From positions 352,001-416,000 of the forward strand of contig CAVRBU010000004.1 in the NCBI GenBank assembly GCA_963719315.1: a DNA stretch of 64,000 bases, read 5' to 3'. Shown here in pieces: positions 20,557 to 31,146 of this stretch. The notes below the pieces were generated by a model that was not told the origin of the DNA, made no database searches, and saw nothing but the letters and a program-made list of their open reading frames with translations. Numbering within the stretch: position 1 is the stretch's first letter; the number at the start of each line of letters is the position of its first letter. A program made the position numbers and the translations under genes. The DNA comes from an uncultured Planctomycetota bacterium. Its GTDB lineage: Bacteria; Planctomycetota; Planctomycetia; Pirellulales; Lacipirellulaceae.

Positions 20557-21618
20557 ATGAAGAGTGACGTGAAATCGCGGGTGCGCTTGGAGACAGGGCG
20601 TACTGGAGAGGGCGCCAATGGCGTGTCGGCCTCATCCAAGCAAGGCCTCGTTGCGATTCCCTGGCAAGAACGCCCGCCCCTCTCGACGGATGTTGTTTGG
20701 CGGTACTCCGCCAACCCGATCATTGGCCGACATCACATGCCCGGCGTGCAGGGTGTGTACAACAGCGCGGTCGCTCCCTATGGCGACGGGTATGTTGGCG
20801 TTTTCCGTTTGGAAAAGCGTTCCCGATTTCCTCATCTTCACATTGGCTGGAGTGAGGACGGAATCGATTGGAACATCGAGTCAGAACCGATCGAGTTCGC
20901 CAAAGGCGATTCCGGCTCGCCGGCCGATTACGCCTATGATCCGCGTTTGTGCAAGATCGACGGCACGTACTACATCACCTGGTGCGGCGGGCACAACGGG
21001 CCCACGATCAGCGTAGCCGCGACGCGCGATTTTCGATCCTTCGAGCGACTGGAAAATGCATTTCTGCCGTTCAATCGCAATGGCGTGCTATTTCCACGGA
21101 AAATCGGCGGCAAGTTCATGATGCTGAGCCGACCGAGCGATGACGGCCATACTCCGTTTGGCGACATCTATTTGAGTCAAAGCCCAGACATGTGCCATTG
21201 GGGCATGCATCGTTTGGTGATGCGGCGAGGCGGCTGCGACGTTGGACAGTGGTGGCAGCGGACCAAGGTCGGCGCCGGTCCCATCCCAATCGAAACAGCC
21301 GACGGCTGGCTCATGATTTATCACGGCGTGATGGACACTTGCAATGGATTCGTCTACAGCATGGGGGCCGCACTATTGAATCTCGACGAGCCGTGGCGCG
21401 TGCTGTATCGCACGAATCAGCACATTTTAACGCCGGAGGCCGATTACGAAGTGTCAGGCCACGTGCCGAATGTCGTTTTCCCGTGTGCGGCGTTACACGA
21501 TGCGGCGGCCGATCGCCTGGCCATTTATTATGGTGCGGCCGACACTTCGTGCTGTCTGGCTTACGCCCACCTGGGTGAATTGGTCGCATTCGTCAAAGAG
21601 AACTCGCAGGTGTTCTAG
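20557..21618 (+). CDS. GH130 glycoside phosphorylase (beta-1,4-mannooligosaccharide phosphorylase-like)
   Basis: IPWQERP..VVWRYSANPII, YNSAV, YDPR, NAFLPFNRNGVLFP, LSRPSDDGHTPFGDI, KVGAGP, YHGV, VPNVVFP, YYGAADT. Confidence 0.9.
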   Translation: MKSDVKSRVRLETGRTGEGANGVSASSKQGLVAIPWQERPPLSTDVVWRYSANPIIGRHHMPGVQGVYNSAVAPYGDGYVGVFRLEKRSRFPHLHIGWSEDGIDWNIESEPIEFAKGDSGSPADYAYDPRLCKIDGTYYITWCGGHNGPTISVAATRDFRSFERLENAFLPFNRNGVLFPRKIGGKFMMLSRPSDDGHTPFGDIYLSQSPDMCHWGMHRLVMRRGGCDVGQWWQRTKVGAGPIPIETADGWLMIYHGVMDTCNGFVYSMGAALLNLDEPWRVLYRTNQHILTPEADYEVSGHVPNVVFPCAALHDAAADRLAIYYGAADTSCCLAYAHLGELVAFVKENSQVF

Positions 21619-21665
21619 CGACGGAGAGATTCGCTTCTCATCGTGGGCCGCGGGGAGTTCAGAGC

Positions 21666-23516
21666 GTGAACTTAACGAGACTCGACCTGGCGATTATTGC
21701 GATTTACTTCGCGGTCACACTTCTTGCGGGTTTTTGGATTTCGCGGCGAGCCTCACGCAGCCTGCGCAATTATTTTCTCGGCGGCAACGCCGTGCCGTGG
21801 TACGCGCTGGGGCTTTCGAATGCCTCCGGCATGTTCGATGTGAGCGGCACCATGCTGATGGTCGCGTGGATGTTTGTCTACGGGCTCAAAAGCGTCTGGC
21901 TGCCGTGGATGTGGCCGGTTTTCAATCAGGTGTTCATGATGGTCTTCCTTTCTACCTGGCTCCGCAGGTCGGGAGTAATGACCGGCGCCGAATGGATCCG
22001 CTTTCGATTCGGCGATGGCCCTGGTGCACATTTGTCGCATCTGATTGTCGTAATGTATGCGATGCTGATAGTGATTGGCTTTTTGGCGTACGGCTTTGTC
22101 GGGATCGGAAAATTCGCGGCCACCATGCTCCCCTGGCATCTCGCCGCCGATTCTTACGTCAACGACAACTTGTACGGTCTGATTATTACGGCGATTACGA
22201 CAATTTATGTCGTCAAGGGGGGCATGCTGAGCGTCGTATTCACGGAGGTCCTTCAATTCTTCGTGATGACGGTCGCTTGCGTGTGGATCGGCATTATAGC
22301 GATCGAGCGCGTGTCGCCCGAACTGCTGGCCACGAAGGTGCCGGCCGGCTGGGACAGCATTTTTTTTGGCCGCACTCTCGATCTCAACTGGAGTGGCATA
22401 TTCGAGGCGGCCAATGCACAGATAAAGGCGGACAAGTGGGAATATTTTTCCGCGTTTTGGGTCATCTTGCTGGTCAAAGGCTGGCTGCAAAGCATGGCCG
22501 GGCCGCGGCCGGACTACGACATGCAGCGAGTGCTTTCGGCTCGCACGCCTAGCGAGGCGGCCAAAATGAGCTGTCTAGTCAACATTGTCTTGCTGATTCC
22601 CCGTTACATGCTGATTACGGGCCTCACGGTGCTCGCCCTCGCGTTTTTCACCGACCAGTTGACGCCGCGCGACGGTGCGGTGGACTTTGAAAAAATCCTG
22701 CCGCTGGTGATGCGCGAGTTCGTGCGGCCGGGTTTGCTCGGGCTAATGATCGCGGCACTATTGGCGGCGTTCATGTCCACGTATGCCGCGACCGTAAACG
22801 CCGCGCCCGCGTACATCGTAAACGATATTTACAAGCGCTATCTCAACCCGAACGCACCCGAGAAAACATATATTCGCATGAGCTATGCGACGTCGATCAT
22901 CGTGGTGTTGATCGGTACGGCGTTCGGGTTCGCTTCGACGTCGCTCAACAGTATCGTGGAATGGATCGTGACCGCCCTCTACGGCGGTTATACCGCGTCC
23001 AACGTATTAAAATGGTACTGGTGGCGATTCAACAGTTATGGTTACTTCGGCGGTATGGTGACCGGCCTCGTGGCGATGGCGATCGTACCTCATTTCTTCC
23101 CGAAACTGGCGGTGATTTACAATTTCCCACTGATATTAGCCATTTCGCTGGTCGGTTGCGTCGCGGTCAGCCTGCTGACGCCGCCCGACGACGTTGACGT
23201 ACTCAAACAATTCTATCTCCAAGTGCGACCTTGGGGCTTCTGGCGGCCGATTCATGACTTGCTTGTCGCCGAAAATCCTCGGGTTGAGGCAAACAAGGCG
23301 TTCGGCCGCGATATGATCAATGTAGTGATCGGGATTGTCTGGCAAACGGCGCTCACGACGACCGGCATCTATCTTGTAACTCAAGATCACTACCGCTTGA
23401 TGTGGTCGCTCGTCCTGGTGGCGATCACTTCGGCATGGTTGAAATTCAACTGGTATAACAAGCTGGAAGAATACCCCAGCGGCTTTACGCCGGTTGGAGC
23501 ACAGGCGGAAGTCTAA
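21666..23516 (+). CDS. Sodium:solute symporter family sugar transporter
   Basis: Many TM helices; YFLGG..PWYALGLSNASGMFD, GGMLSVVFTEVLQF, MQRVLSAR, AAFMST, VNDIYKRY, LKWYWWRFN, VRPWGFW. Confidence 0.9.
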   Translation: MNLTRLDLAIIAIYFAVTLLAGFWISRRASRSLRNYFLGGNAVPWYALGLSNASGMFDVSGTMLMVAWMFVYGLKSVWLPWMWPVFNQVFMMVFLSTWLRRSGVMTGAEWIRFRFGDGPGAHLSHLIVVMYAMLIVIGFLAYGFVGIGKFAATMLPWHLAADSYVNDNLYGLIITAITTIYVVKGGMLSVVFTEVLQFFVMTVACVWIGIIAIERVSPELLATKVPAGWDSIFFGRTLDLNWSGIFEAANAQIKADKWEYFSAFWVILLVKGWLQSMAGPRPDYDMQRVLSARTPSEAAKMSCLVNIVLLIPRYMLITGLTVLALAFFTDQLTPRDGAVDFEKILPLVMREFVRPGLLGLMIAALLAAFMSTYAATVNAAPAYIVNDIYKRYLNPNAPEKTYIRMSYATSIIVVLIGTAFGFASTSLNSIVEWIVTALYGGYTASNVLKWYWWRFNSYGYFGGMVTGLVAMAIVPHFFPKLAVIYNFPLILAISLVGCVAVSLLTPPDDVDVLKQFYLQVRPWGFWRPIHDLLVAENPRVEANKAFGRDMINVVIGIVWQTALTTTGIYLVTQDHYRLMWSLVLVAITSAWLKFNWYNKLEEYPSGFTPVGAQAEV

Positions 23517-23527
23517 TCGAGAAATCC

Positions 23528-26500
23528 ATGTCCAGGCATTGTTTTGCCGTTGTTTTCCTGTTGTTCGGCGGCGTCTGGTGTGCAGCGCAGCCCCAAGCTG
23601 GCGCAAGCCAACTTTATTACTCGCCGGGGCGACAAACTTTTCGACGGGAAGCGCGAGTTTCGCTTCATCTCGTTCAACATTCCGAACTTGATGGTCATCG
23701 AAGACGCGTACGAATTCACCAAGCCCAATCCGTGGCGCTGGCCGGATGAATTTGAGATCGAAGACGCTCTCGAATCGGTCCGTCAGATGGGCGGCCAGGT
23801 CGTGCGAACGTATGTCCTAAGCGTGTACCGGGAAGGCTCCGACATGGGCGAGTGCGTGCATGTGCGAAGGCCGGGCGAATTCAATGAGGAAGGGTTTCGC
23901 GCGCTCGACAAAGTGATTGATGTCGCCCGGCGAAAAGGAATTCGCGTCATTATTCCGTTTGTCGATCAAGCCAAGTGGTGGGGCGGTATCGGCGAATACG
24001 CGGCGTTCCGCGGTAAGCCGGCCGACGCTTTTTGGAGCGATCCACAGGTCATCGACGATTTCAAGGCGACGGTACGTTACTTGCTGACCCGCAAAAATAC
24101 GTACACCGGCGTCGAGTACCGCGATGAGCCGGCCATTTTCGGTTGGGAGACCGGTAATGAAATTGACGCGACGCCGTCATGGACGCGGGAAATCGCGGCT
24201 TACATTAAGCAACTCGATCCGAAGCATCTCGTCATCGACGGCAAATCGCTGAAAGGCGTTCCGCAAACTTCGCTGGACGATCCGAACATCGACGTGATTA
24301 CAACGCACCACTATCCGTGGGGCGACGACCATGATTTCGTCAAGCCTATTCGGGCGGCCCACGCTCTCACGAAAGGCAAGAAGGCGTATTTCGTGGGCGA
24401 ATTCGGGTTCGTCGAAACGCCGCATATCGCCAGCGCAATTCAAACGGTGATCGACGACGGGATTTCAGGCGCACTGCTGTGGAGCCTGCGAATGCATCGT
24501 CGCGAAAGCGGCTTCTATTGGCACATGGAAGTCGGCACGGGTCGGAATATTTATAAGGCGTTTCATTGGCCAGGATTTGCCTCCGGCGACCGCTACGATG
24601 AGCGGACCCTTATGCCCCTCATGCGCGATAAGGCGTATGAGATTCGTGGGCTACAACCACCGCCCCTTGAGCGACCGGCGCCGCCAAGGCTATTGGCGAT
24701 CGAATCCGCGAGCGCAATATCGTGGCAAGGGTCGGCCGGCGCGGCCGGTTACGATGTATGGCGTGCCGCGACTGCGAAAGGGCCTTGGATCAAGATCGCG
24801 GAAAACGTATCCGATGCCGGCGTGCAGTATCGGCCGCTATTTCACGATGTCGGCGTGGCGCCTGGCCAGCACTATTGGTACCGCGTCGTTGCCCGCAACT
24901 CGGCGGGCGAATCGGAGCCTTCCAACATTAGGGGCCCGGTTTCCGTCGATTGTAGAGCCTTCGTGGATGAGTGCCGCGATCTTGCGCTAACGGCATCGAC
25001 GGAAGGCAACGTTACGCCAGTGAGCGAGAATGCGCGAACCGTGCAGGAAGATTGCCATCGGCTGGCTCTCCGGCCCGGATCGGCCGTCACCTATCACGTC
25101 GAAAAGCCGATCAGTCGTTGGCGCATTTATGCCTTTGCGTCCGACGAGTCGACTCTGGCGATTGAAACATCCGCGGATGGTAGGAGTTTCCAATCCGCCA
25201 AGGTCGAGCGCAAGGCATTTCCCTCGAGCCAAACGATCTATGGCTATTCAACGCCTATCCTGTTCAGCGGAAATGGCGACGGCGGAAACTTCACGTATTT
25301 GCGAATTGCACTCCGCGAGGCGCCTGCTGAAGAGAAACACAAGAACGACAGGCGGCCGACGAACGAACGCAAGCCGGCGACCGTCGAGATCTCGCGCGTT
25401 GAAATCGAGTTCGATCGCGAGGCAAATCCTGCGCCTGCGCCTGATCCTGAAGTGAAAAGAGCCGCTCAGCTCAATTCATCGATTTTTATCGACGGTCGGC
25501 CGCTGAACGACACGCTGGCCACCATCGATGCGGCCGCCGCGCGCGGCGAGCGGCGCCTCAATGTCGTGGTGACGATCCTCGTGGATTTGACGGAGGATCT
25601 GCGAATCAAAAGTTTTGGCAGCTTTTCCGGTTCGCGGCTCGCCTATAAACCCTTCGACGACGCGATGCGCGATGAACTGAAGGGCAAGCTCCAACAGGTT
25701 TTCGCGCACATGGTGAAGCATGGCATGGATATTTCCATTCTCCCGCACATCGATGCGGGTGGTCATGTGCGCCAGTGGCGCAATTGGGTCGATTTTGACC
25801 CGCTCGAATCATACAGCGGCTACACCTACGACGACTTGATGATCGGCACGATCGTTAACGCGCTCGCCAAGACTGCCAATGACGGATCCGATATCGAGTT
25901 GGCCCTTTCGGGCGAGATGGGTACCAGCCTGTTTCTATATCCGGAGTCTTATCGAACCATAGTTCGTCGACTGCGCGAGCGACCGGAGCTAAAGAGACTG
26001 AAAATCGGCATCAGCCTGAACCACGGCGGCATTGCGGGTCGGGGCAATCCCACGGGAGCCAAAGAAGTTCGCTTATCGGACGCTATGCGGCAGCAAATGC
26101 AATTGCTGATTGAGGAATGTGATTTCATCGGCATGTCGTTCTACGCTCCGGTCAGCGTCGCGCCGACGCCTGATGACTTCGTCCGCGGCATTGAACGGTT
26201 CATGAGTGAATTCCAACAGTACGGATTGTCGGTGCCGACCACCAAGCCGATGCAATTCTCGGAAGTCGGTATCGGTGGCCGACGGGCGAGGGGCGTTGCC
26301 GTCGATCCAGCCAAAGCGGTCGAGACGCCGTGGGAAGGAACGGCGAATCCGCGTGAAAATCCCTGGGGACAACCGTCAATGCAACAGCTTCGCCGCCAAT
26401 ATCACGGCGCACTCCTTCGTTTCCTAGCCGAGCAGCCTGCCAGGTGGCGGGTTTCAGGCGCATTCTTGTGGAGTATGGGTTCGTGGGATCCGCTGGGACA

Positions 26501-26621
26501 CGGCCAGCCAGAATTCGCCGATCCTGAGATTATGGCTGCGATTGAAATGCAGAACAGGGCTAAAGCGGTGAACCCCCCCCTCCTCCCCCCCCCCCGAAAG
26601 ACGGGAGCTACCTCTCCTTGA
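23528..26621 (+). CDS. Multidomain GH5 beta-mannanase-like enzyme (GH5 + Fn3 + second putative TIM-barrel domain); frameshift between signal peptide and catalytic domain near 23600
   Basis: Signal peptide MSRHCFAVVFLLFGGVWCAA in the 23528 frame; 23544 frame has FISFNIPNL, WWGG, WETGNE (acid/base), THHY, VGEFG (nucleophile), LLWSLR; Fn3 YWYRVVARNSAGESEPS. Confidence 0.8.
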
Positions 26622-26946
26622 GCGTGCGGGAATCGCTGTACCTGTCAATACGGTACGGGAACATTCTGCAGAATTTTTCTTGCGAGCTGTTACAGAATGA
26701 TGGACAATGTAATTTGGCTCAGTTAGATTATGTTCAAGTAGTTGAGCAGTGGAGGCTGGTCCACTGGTTCCCAATTCTTTTTCGTACAAATTCGAGTCGG
26801 TTGGAAGTGGAATTCTTTTTTAGCGTGCGCGGCCAACGCCCTTCGTGCGTTCCGTGCCTCAATCGAGAACGAGCGCGAATACGCTTCGTTGTAAACGTTA
26901 GCAATCGATCACGGCCTTGTAATTTCACAATGGTGGAGGAGCTCTA

Positions 26947-28143
26947 ATGAAGTCGCGTCATTGGTTGGTTATTTCTCTTGCGCTGGCATGCCTTGTGGTT
27001 TGTACGCAGGCGCAAGCGCAGTCACCGAGCGTGTTGTACACATTTGATAACACCGGCAACGCGGTGCCAAACATTGAGGCCTGGATTCGCAGTTTTGGGG
27101 CCGGTAGCACTTCTGCCACACTGGACAATAACATTGTTGGCTCCCTGACCCTTACGGAAACCAGCACTGCATTGGGCGGGAGTCAAGCATTTAGCGATGG
27201 CTTTAATCGAGTGCGTGAATCTTCAACAGGCGCCAGCGGCGGCCTCGATTTGACCGGTTTGGATTTCCTCGAATGGGACCTTGGGCATAACGGCGTCGGC
27301 AACGTCAACGTGCAGTTTTACGTACAGGCTACAACCGCGAGTACATACGTCGCGCTCGGGCCGGATCTTGCAGTTGCACCAGGCATCAGTACGTACCAAG
27401 TGCCCCTTACCGGATTGACGCCAAGTCAGTTGGTTTATGTTCGCACACTGGGCATCAACATTCGCGACCATGCGGCCGAAGGAAACTTGATTTGGAACAT
27501 CAACGAAGTGAGGTCTGGCGGCACGCCGCTGACTGTGCGTGACTTGGGCACCTTTGATAATGGGACGGCGGAAGGTGGCTTGCAAGGCATGATCGCCAAC
27601 TTCGACGTGGGTTCGATTGTCGGCAACGATGGCGGGCAAAACCAGACTGGTTTGTCGCACAATGCGGCCGGCAGCGGTTCACTGCAGTGGACCGATGCGG
27701 CCGGCGGCGCCGGCGGCGCCGTTAGCATGGGCAACGGAACTGCCTGGAACGGCAATACGTTCAACAACCGGACGACGGATCTGTCGAACTATCAAACGAT
27801 GCACGTGCGAATCAGCGCCACGGAAACCACGACCAGCAATGGTGGCTCAGTCAACGTGCAGCCTTTCATGCAGGTGAACAATTTTGGTTCATTCCTGTCG
27901 CTTGCAACGCAGGCGCTGCCGATTGACGGACAATTCCATGACCTCTATTTTTCGATGCCGATCAATGCGTTTTTGAACGTGGTTGATCAAACGGGTTTGA
28001 ACTTGGGTAGCCACACCGACGAACTCACGATCAATGTGGACTTGATTCAGTTGGTCGTGCCGGAACCAGCGTCGATGACTCTGATTGGGGTCGCCTTAAT
28101 TGGTTGCTGGGGCCTGGTCGGCCGGTCCCGACGTGGTCAATGA
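26947..28143 (+). CDS. PEP-CTERM protein with two tandem CBM-like beta-sandwich domains
   Basis: ggagga RBS, signal peptide ending AQAQ, VPEPASMTLIGVALIGCWGLVGRSRR; internal duplication (GSLTLTE..LDLTGL..VNVQFY / GSLQWTD..DLSNY..VNVQPF). Confidence 0.85.
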   Translation: MKSRHWLVISLALACLVVCTQAQAQSPSVLYTFDNTGNAVPNIEAWIRSFGAGSTSATLDNNIVGSLTLTETSTALGGSQAFSDGFNRVRESSTGASGGLDLTGLDFLEWDLGHNGVGNVNVQFYVQATTASTYVALGPDLAVAPGISTYQVPLTGLTPSQLVYVRTLGINIRDHAAEGNLIWNINEVRSGGTPLTVRDLGTFDNGTAEGGLQGMIANFDVGSIVGNDGGQNQTGLSHNAAGSGSLQWTDAAGGAGGAVSMGNGTAWNGNTFNNRTTDLSNYQTMHVRISATETTTSNGGSVNVQPFMQVNNFGSFLSLATQALPIDGQFHDLYFSMPINAFLNVVDQTGLNLGSHTDELTINVDLIQLVVPEPASMTLIGVALIGCWGLVGRSRRGQ

Positions 28144-28335
28144 TTAGAAGTTTGAATTCCCAGCGGAGATTCTTGGAACGCCGTGCTATATAAATCACGG
28201 CTGGGTCTTGGTGCCCCCACGGTCCGTCGGACGCGCGCCGAGACGACTGAGAGTATTACTGAATCGAGGAAGGGTGCCGACGAAAAGTCGGTTGCTCGGT
28301 TGGAAGGAATTTGGCTGGAATTGAGGAGAGCGATC

Positions 28336-29784
28336 ATGTGGCGGTTGCATTTCACGTTGGCAACGGCGGGTTGCTTAGTAAGCTGCGGCATTGCTGCGGC
28401 CCAGTCGCCTGGAGTCCTTTATACCTGGCCAGGGACGGGGGATACGGCGGCGTGGGCTACGAGCGGCACCAATCTGTCGACGCTTGCTAATTCGACTGCA
28501 GGGCAATTGACGGTTACGGAAATGGGAGACGAACTCGACCCAATGATCGTGGGCGGTCCGCTTGTGATTCGTGACGGATTCAATCGACGGCTGGAAAGCT
28601 CCATAGCGCAAGGCGGCCTGGATGTAACCGGCTTGAGTGCGATCGAGATCGATCTTCAGCATAGCGGCGCGGGAACGGTGGACGTGCAATTCTTTCTACA
28701 GGCCACGCCCGCCTTCAATTATCTGTGGGCGGGTAGCAATGGCGCGCTCAGCGGTCCTGATTGGGCGATCGGACCAGGCGTACAAACGCTGACTTTTCCG
28801 CTCGGTCTACTCTCATCCGCGCAGCAGGCGTACATCCGTACGGTCGGTTTGAGCGTTCGCAATCACGCCGCTTTAGGAAACTTGACGTGGGATATACTCG
28901 ACGTGCGTACGATCGGACCTTCTGCGTCCTCGCGCATTCTGGCGTCGCACGATGCCGGCTCACCCGAAAACGGCCTGAACGGGGCCATCGCCAATTTCGA
29001 TCAGGCTGCGATTGTAGGCAATGACGGTGGCCAAAACCAATCGGGTTTGTCGCAAGTTACTAATGGTAGCGTCGGTTCGCTTCAGTGGACCGACAAAGGC
29101 AACGCTGGCAACACTGCCAACCCAAGCGGCGCCGCCCTAAGCTGGGGCAATGGACAACCGTGGGATGGCAATACGTTTAACGACCGATTGAGCGATTTTT
29201 CGAATTACGGCACGGTCACGTTCCGCGTCTCTGCCACGGATGCGCTCAATGCGGGCGGCTTGCTCGGTGTCCAAGCCTGGTTTCAAACCGGCGAATACAA
29301 CACGGCAGAAGCCTTGTTTCAGACGACATCCGGAAATGGCGTCGGAGCGAGTGGCGAAATAAATCTTCCGATCGACGGGCAATATCACGATCTCGTGTTC
29401 CCCTTGAGCGCGGTAACGAACCGACTGAACGTTCAGCAATTCGGGTTGAACCTGTTTGCTCACACAAATGACCTCGTGATTAACGTCGACTTTATTCAGT
29501 TTGACGAAGTGGTTGGGGTGCCGGGCGATTACAACGGCAATGGCGTAGTGGACGCGGCCGACTACGTGCTTTGGCGCAATGGCGGCCCGCTGCAAAACGA
29601 AGTGGATACACCGGGTACAGTCAATGCGGCCGACTACACGGAATGGTGCGCCCGGTTCGGCAACACGAGCGGCAGCGGCAGTCTAGTCGGTAGTGCAGTA
29701 CCGGAACCGGCCTGGGCAGTGCTGATGTTGGCAGCGGCTATTGGATATTTTACTTCGAGATGCAAAAGAATTGAAAACCTGTAA
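28336..29784 (+). CDS. Paralogous PEP-CTERM protein with tandem CBM-like domains plus dockerin-like module
   Basis: Shares QSPxVLYT, GGLDxTGL, IVGNDGGQNQxGLS, GNTFNxR, LPIDGQxHDL with the upstream gene; GDYNGNGVVDAADYVLWR; VPEPAW. Confidence 0.85.
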   Translation: MWRLHFTLATAGCLVSCGIAAAQSPGVLYTWPGTGDTAAWATSGTNLSTLANSTAGQLTVTEMGDELDPMIVGGPLVIRDGFNRRLESSIAQGGLDVTGLSAIEIDLQHSGAGTVDVQFFLQATPAFNYLWAGSNGALSGPDWAIGPGVQTLTFPLGLLSSAQQAYIRTVGLSVRNHAALGNLTWDILDVRTIGPSASSRILASHDAGSPENGLNGAIANFDQAAIVGNDGGQNQSGLSQVTNGSVGSLQWTDKGNAGNTANPSGAALSWGNGQPWDGNTFNDRLSDFSNYGTVTFRVSATDALNAGGLLGVQAWFQTGEYNTAEALFQTTSGNGVGASGEINLPIDGQYHDLVFPLSAVTNRLNVQQFGLNLFAHTNDLVINVDFIQFDEVVGVPGDYNGNGVVDAADYVLWRNGGPLQNEVDTPGTVNAADYTEWCARFGNTSGSGSLVGSAVPEPAWAVLMLAAAIGYFTSRCKRIENL

Positions 29785-30022
29785 GCGGCGTTTTCGTTCA
29801 GCACAAGCGAGATTGAGTAGAGATCGCCAAACTGAAAGTGCTGAATCATCGCCGGGGGTTTGTCGGCTTTTCCCGACCGGCATATAATGCACGGTGTGGC
29901 GGCCAGGCGCGAGTTCTTTTGGAGAATACCGGCTAGCAAAAAGCAACCAGGATTCTTATCATTTGCTAAAGTGCTTTAACAAGAGAAAATCGGTACTGGT
30001 AGAGCAGGCGGAGGAACGTGAA

Positions 30023-31123
30023 ATGTTGACCTCGTCTCGTCGGCGTTCGAGCAGCGGTTTCACGTTGGTCGAATTACTCGTTGTCATTGCCATCATCGGC
30101 ATCCTGGTGGCGTTGTTGCTACCGGCGGTCCAGGCGGTGCGCGAGTCGGCACGTCGAGCGCAATGCACGAACAATCTGAAGAATATAGCGCTGGCCGTGC
30201 ATAACTATCACGATGCGCACAAAGAACTTCCAGCCGCCGCCTGGCTGCGGCCCCAAACGACCCCCAGCGACAGTATCCTGACGGATAACCGTCTCTTCTG
30301 GAATTGGGCGATTCGAATTCTGCCTTATCTGGAAGAGCAGAGTTTGTTGGACCAGTTCACGATTAACAATACGACGCCGATCAGCAAGGATACAGGCACG
30401 AATAATAAAGCGGCGCGCGGAACTGAAGTTTCGGTAATGCTTTGTCCCAGTGATATCGGGCGCGGTAATCCCTTCCAGGGCACAAACGGTAATTGGGCAA
30501 GAGGTAATTACGGTTACAACGCGATTGAATTCTGGCCAAATGAGTGGTGGAAGCTATTCTCGAGCGATGCCAAGTACGCACCCTATTTCAAGTACAATCT
30601 CGGCATGGGTGGCATCGAAGACGGGGTCGAGAGACAAGTCCTGAGCTTGGCAAAAATCACTGATGGTACGACGAAGACCGTTATGTTGGCTGAGCTGCGG
30701 GTGGGATTGAGTGAACGGGATCGGCGCGGGGTGTGGGCGATGGGAATGTGCGCCTCGAACTTGCATTGCCGCCATGCCGCCAGCAGCATCAATGGTTGTT
30801 TCGAGGATGATGACGTTTTGGGGAGTGCCGATATTATTGCCGATGTTGGAATGTCAAATTTGCGGGCTGAATGTATGCTGCCCGCCGTAGGCTTGGAGTT
30901 AAGCGGCCAATCGATAGTACGCAGCCGACATCCGGGCGGCGCTAATTGTGCCATGGCAGATGCCAGTGTCCGTTTCATGAGCGACTTTATCGATCAGGGA
31001 AACCTACGCATCGGTGGCTATATCGGTGATGGAGGACCGAGCGACATCGACCCGCAGAACTTTCGCATCTGGCAGCGATTGTTGGTTTCGCGCGACGATC
31101 TTCCAGTGGATGACAATTTCTAG
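30023..31123 (+). CDS. DUF1559 (SBP_bac_10) prepilin-type protein
   Basis: GFTLVELLVVIAIIGILVALLLPAVQAVRESARRAQCTNNLK; ILPYLEE; CPSD; ITDGTTKT..AE; RSRHPGGANCAMADASV (H-X9-DG-like). Confidence 0.93.
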   Translation: MLTSSRRRSSSGFTLVELLVVIAIIGILVALLLPAVQAVRESARRAQCTNNLKNIALAVHNYHDAHKELPAAAWLRPQTTPSDSILTDNRLFWNWAIRILPYLEEQSLLDQFTINNTTPISKDTGTNNKAARGTEVSVMLCPSDIGRGNPFQGTNGNWARGNYGYNAIEFWPNEWWKLFSSDAKYAPYFKYNLGMGGIEDGVERQVLSLAKITDGTTKTVMLAELRVGLSERDRRGVWAMGMCASNLHCRHAASSINGCFEDDDVLGSADIIADVGMSNLRAECMLPAVGLELSGQSIVRSRHPGGANCAMADASVRFMSDFIDQGNLRIGGYIGDGGPSDIDPQNFRIWQRLLVSRDDLPVDDNF

Positions 31124-31146
31124 ATCAAACTTTGTCTGGTCCGCAA

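Noticed and set aside
26618..26947. 109-aa ORF after the GH5 gene
   Set aside because: Lower-GC intergenic region containing the candidate operator/promoter; translation is not protein-like
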